A stretch of DNA of 64,000 nt, taken from assembly GCA_964188305.1 (NCBI GenBank), contig OZ076900.1. One strand, written 5' to 3'. The notes under the pieces are model-generated. The model did not search any database and was not told the DNA's origin. It saw nothing but the letters and a program-made list of their open reading frames with translations. The position numbers and the translations under genes are program-made. Every line of letters starts with the position of its first letter. Within the stretch, counting starts at the first letter, position 1. This document shows positions 61,135 through 64,000 of the stretch, one piece after another. The stretch comes from Podarcis bocagei. Lineage: Eukaryota.

Positions 61135-61808
61135 TATATATATAGAGAGAGAGAGAATGTCCATGCCTTACTGAATGTTGATCCTTCTTATATTTAGTTT
61201 GGGGTGATGGATGATCTGCTCTCATTTAGGAAAGAGCTGTAGTTCAGTGGCAGAACTCATGTTTTGCATGCAGAACCTTGCAGGTTCAGTCCCTGGCACT
61301 TCAAGGTAGAAATAAGAAAGATATGATCTGACTCAGGATAATATAACTTACTATGCCATCATGTTCTTTTTCTTTTTTCTTATATCCTTCTTAATGTATT
61401 TTTTGCTATTTAGGACTTTCCCTTATATAGTAGCTCTAGTGTTTAAGTTGTTGTAGGCAGAAGTTGGATCCACTGGTAAATCTGAGTGATTTGCAGATTC
61501 TGACTACAAATTGAGTAACGAGTAACACCTTGTTCCTTCATTATAGTAAGTGTATTTCCCCAATCACCATCAATTTTTGCACTTGTCTCCAGTTGATGGA
61601 TCTTAGGAGTCTAGTAAAAAATAAAAGACATTTTCCTGCACCTGGTTTAAGTGCTTACTGAATCCTAATATTTCCTGCTCCCTGCTCTTTTCCATACTTT
61701 TCAGCCATTACAGCTCTTAATCCTTCCCATGTTTATTTCTGCTTGAAAAAAGTCCTTCAAGAATATTGCAAGCTAGGCTGTAGTGATATTTTCTAGCTAC
61801 TTTTAGTA

Positions 61809-62754
61809 CAGTGGTACCCCGCAAGACGAATGCCTCGCAAGATGGAAAACCCGCAAGACGGAAGGGTTTTCTGTTTTGGAGGCGCTTCGCAAGACGAATT
61901 TCCCTATGGGCTTGCTTCGCAAGACGAAAGCCCATAGGGAAATCTCCGGGGGCCTGTTTTAAATGCTGGTGGTGGGGAGCAAAGCCTTTCCCCCCCTCCG
62001 GCCTTCAGAAGAGGTCCAGGAAGGCCGGCGGGGGCCGAAAGGCTTTGCTCCCCACCGCCAGCATTTTAAAAGCAGTCTGGCATAGCAGGGAAGTGCTTCC
62101 CGCTATCGCCGACGGCTTTTGAAGGCAGGCGGGGGGGGGAAGACTTTCGCCCCCCGCCGGCCTTCAGAAGAGGTCCAGGACCTCTTCTGAAGGCCGGCGG
62201 GGGGCGAAAGTCTTTGCTCCCCCCTGCCTGCCTTCCCGGGAGAGCAGAGAAAGGCAGCGCCTTTCTCCGCTGTCGCCGACAGCTTTTGAAGGCAGGCGGG
62301 GGGGAAGACTTTCGCCCCCCGCCTGCCTTCAGAAGAGGTCCTGGACCTCTTCTGAAGGCTGGCGGGGGGCAAAAGTCTTTGTCCCCCCTGCCTGCCTTCC
62401 CAGGGGCTTTTAAATCGCCCCGGACAGTGGAGAAGTCCTCCGCTGTCCCGGGGCGATTTTAAAATGCCGCCCGCCAGCATTTTAAGATCGCCCCGGACAG
62501 CGGAGAAGTCCTCCGCTGTCCCGGGGTTTTTTAAAATGCTGGGGGTGGGAAGAAAAGCCCTTGTCCCCCCCCCCAGCCTTCAGAAGAGGTCGGGGACAGA
62601 CTGTCCCTGGACCTGGTCTGAAGGCGGTTTCCCTAGGAACGCATTAATTGATTTTCAATGCATTCCTATGGGAAACCGTGCATCGCAAGACGAAAAACTC
62701 GCAAGACGAAGAGACTTGCGGAACGAATTAATTTCGTCTTGCGAGGCACCACTG
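61809..62754. mobile_element. pogo/Tigger-like element, family A, long 946-bp version with a palindromic GC-rich interior
   Basis: Same TIRs and TA TSD; internal hairpin arrays. Confidence 0.9.
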
Positions 62755-63673
62755 TATTGCTTATGAGGGCATGCTCTGGAAACTTGTTGTTCAAGGTATC
62801 AGAGACAGATGTTCTTGGGTTCTTCTAAATTTGTGTGTGTGTAATCATTAATTCTAGTTACTTAAGATAACTGTGCAGCTGTGTATATCTGTGTTCAGTT
62901 GTTACATTATGAAAACATGGAAATTCACAATCAATGGTGGAACTCTGTAGTTTTAGACACTAGTCTTTGGGGGAGGGGCTTTAGATGGCAGGTGTTAATT
63001 AGCAATTAGCATTTATCTCCCTCCAACACTTGTTCTTTACATTGGCTTTGACAGTACTGATAGGTGAGAGAGGAAAAAAACAAATTTGCCAACTGTAATT
63101 TAATAAAGAAACAATCTGAACAAGTGCAGTTTTGCACTTTAAACTCATTAAATTGTAGCTCTATCATGACTACAGAAAATAAATGATGTTTGCTCCTGCT
63201 CTCCTGATACTAAACAGATTTACTTGGGAATGAGACCATGTTGTTGTAGGAAACTATAATGTTTTTTTAAAAAGGAACGAATGTTTTGTTGACAGTATCA
63301 ACTCCTGTGGGCCATAACATGCCCACAGCGGCCCAGCTGCTGATGCTGGGCTTGTCTGCTGCTGCCTTCATCACCTGCCATTCTTCTGAGTGGTGATTTG
63401 GAGGCCTCCAGAGCTACAGGACTCTGGACCTCAGCCCTGGCTATCAGCCCTAGTGGCACCACTAATTAGAATTAGGACTGGTTCAGTTATGCTAGGAATT
63501 TATATCTTAGTCAAACATGAAGGGTCAGCACTGTGAATGCAGCTCTGTGTGGAATACATATATAGGCTTGAGGTGTGAAGGACTAGATTGTGCCCTTTGT
63601 GCATTTAAACTTCTGAGAAGATCTTCATCATTGAGATAGGATCACCCTATTAGTTGCTATGAATGCTCTACAA

Positions 63674-63760
63674 CAGTGATGGCCAAACATGGCCCTCCAG
63701 CTATTTTTGGACTACAGCTCCCATCATCCCTAGCTAACAGGCCAAGTTTGCCCATCACTG
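63674..63760. mobile_element. Internally deleted hAT MITE (87 bp)
   Basis: TIR CAGTGATGGCCAAAC/GTTTGCCCATCACTG; perfect 8-bp TSD CTCTACAA. Confidence 0.85.
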
Positions 63761-63790
63761 CTCTACAACATTGCTTGTGCTGATGGAATA

Positions 63791-64000
63791 CAGTGGTGCC
63801 CCGCAAGACGAATGCCTCGCAAGATGGAAAACTCGCTAGACGAAAGAGTTTTCCGTTTTGGAGGTGCTTTGCAAAACGAATTTCCTATGGGCTTGCTTCA
63901 CAAGACGACAATGTCTTGCGAGTTCCTGCTGGTTTTTTCCCCTCCCCCCCCTTTTTCTAAGCCGCTAAGCCGCTTATCAGCTGATCCGATCAGCAGATAA
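63791..64000. mobile_element. pogo/Tigger-like MITE, family A (cut by the window end)
   Basis: TA followed by CAGTGGTGCCCCGCAAGACGA. Confidence 0.85.

Larger units (their letters stand above)
53372..64000 (+). other. Probable intron 1 of IRS4 (continues beyond the window)
   Basis: GT donor at 53372. Downstream sequence is AT-rich, has no IRS homology and carries MITE/SINE insertions; no convincing terminal exon was found. Confidence 0.7.

Overview
This is vertebrate genomic DNA, most likely from a squamate lizard (inferred from BovB LINEs, Squam-type SINEs and L2/CR1/L1 content). The only host protein-coding gene is the large first coding exon of insulin receptor substrate 4 (IRS4; + strand, ATG 49774, probable splice donor after 53371). 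It has a CpG-island, CCAAT-rich promoter and is followed by the start of intron 1. The ~48 kb upstream is dense with transposable elements: BovB/RTE, L1, L2, CR1, SINEs, and hAT, Tc1/pogo and Harbinger MITEs, many with readable target-site duplications (TSDs). The most notable feature is a Ty3/Gypsy provirus (36490-42247) about 7.5 kb upstream of the IRS4 ATG. Its LTRs are clearly diverged and its RT active site is dead, yet its 1338-codon gag-pol frame is still uninterrupted, making it a candidate domesticated or selectively retained retroelement gene. Other notable items: IRS4 retains SHP2-type tyrosine motifs that mammalian IRS4 lacks; its promoter has IRS2-like FOXO/CRE/E-box sites; one L2 has a twin-priming-like 5' inversion; and a pogo-like MITE family has swappable interiors, including perfect hairpins inside the IRS4 intron. 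One assembly gap lies at 35893-36020. All calls come from reading the sequence by eye; no database searches were run.
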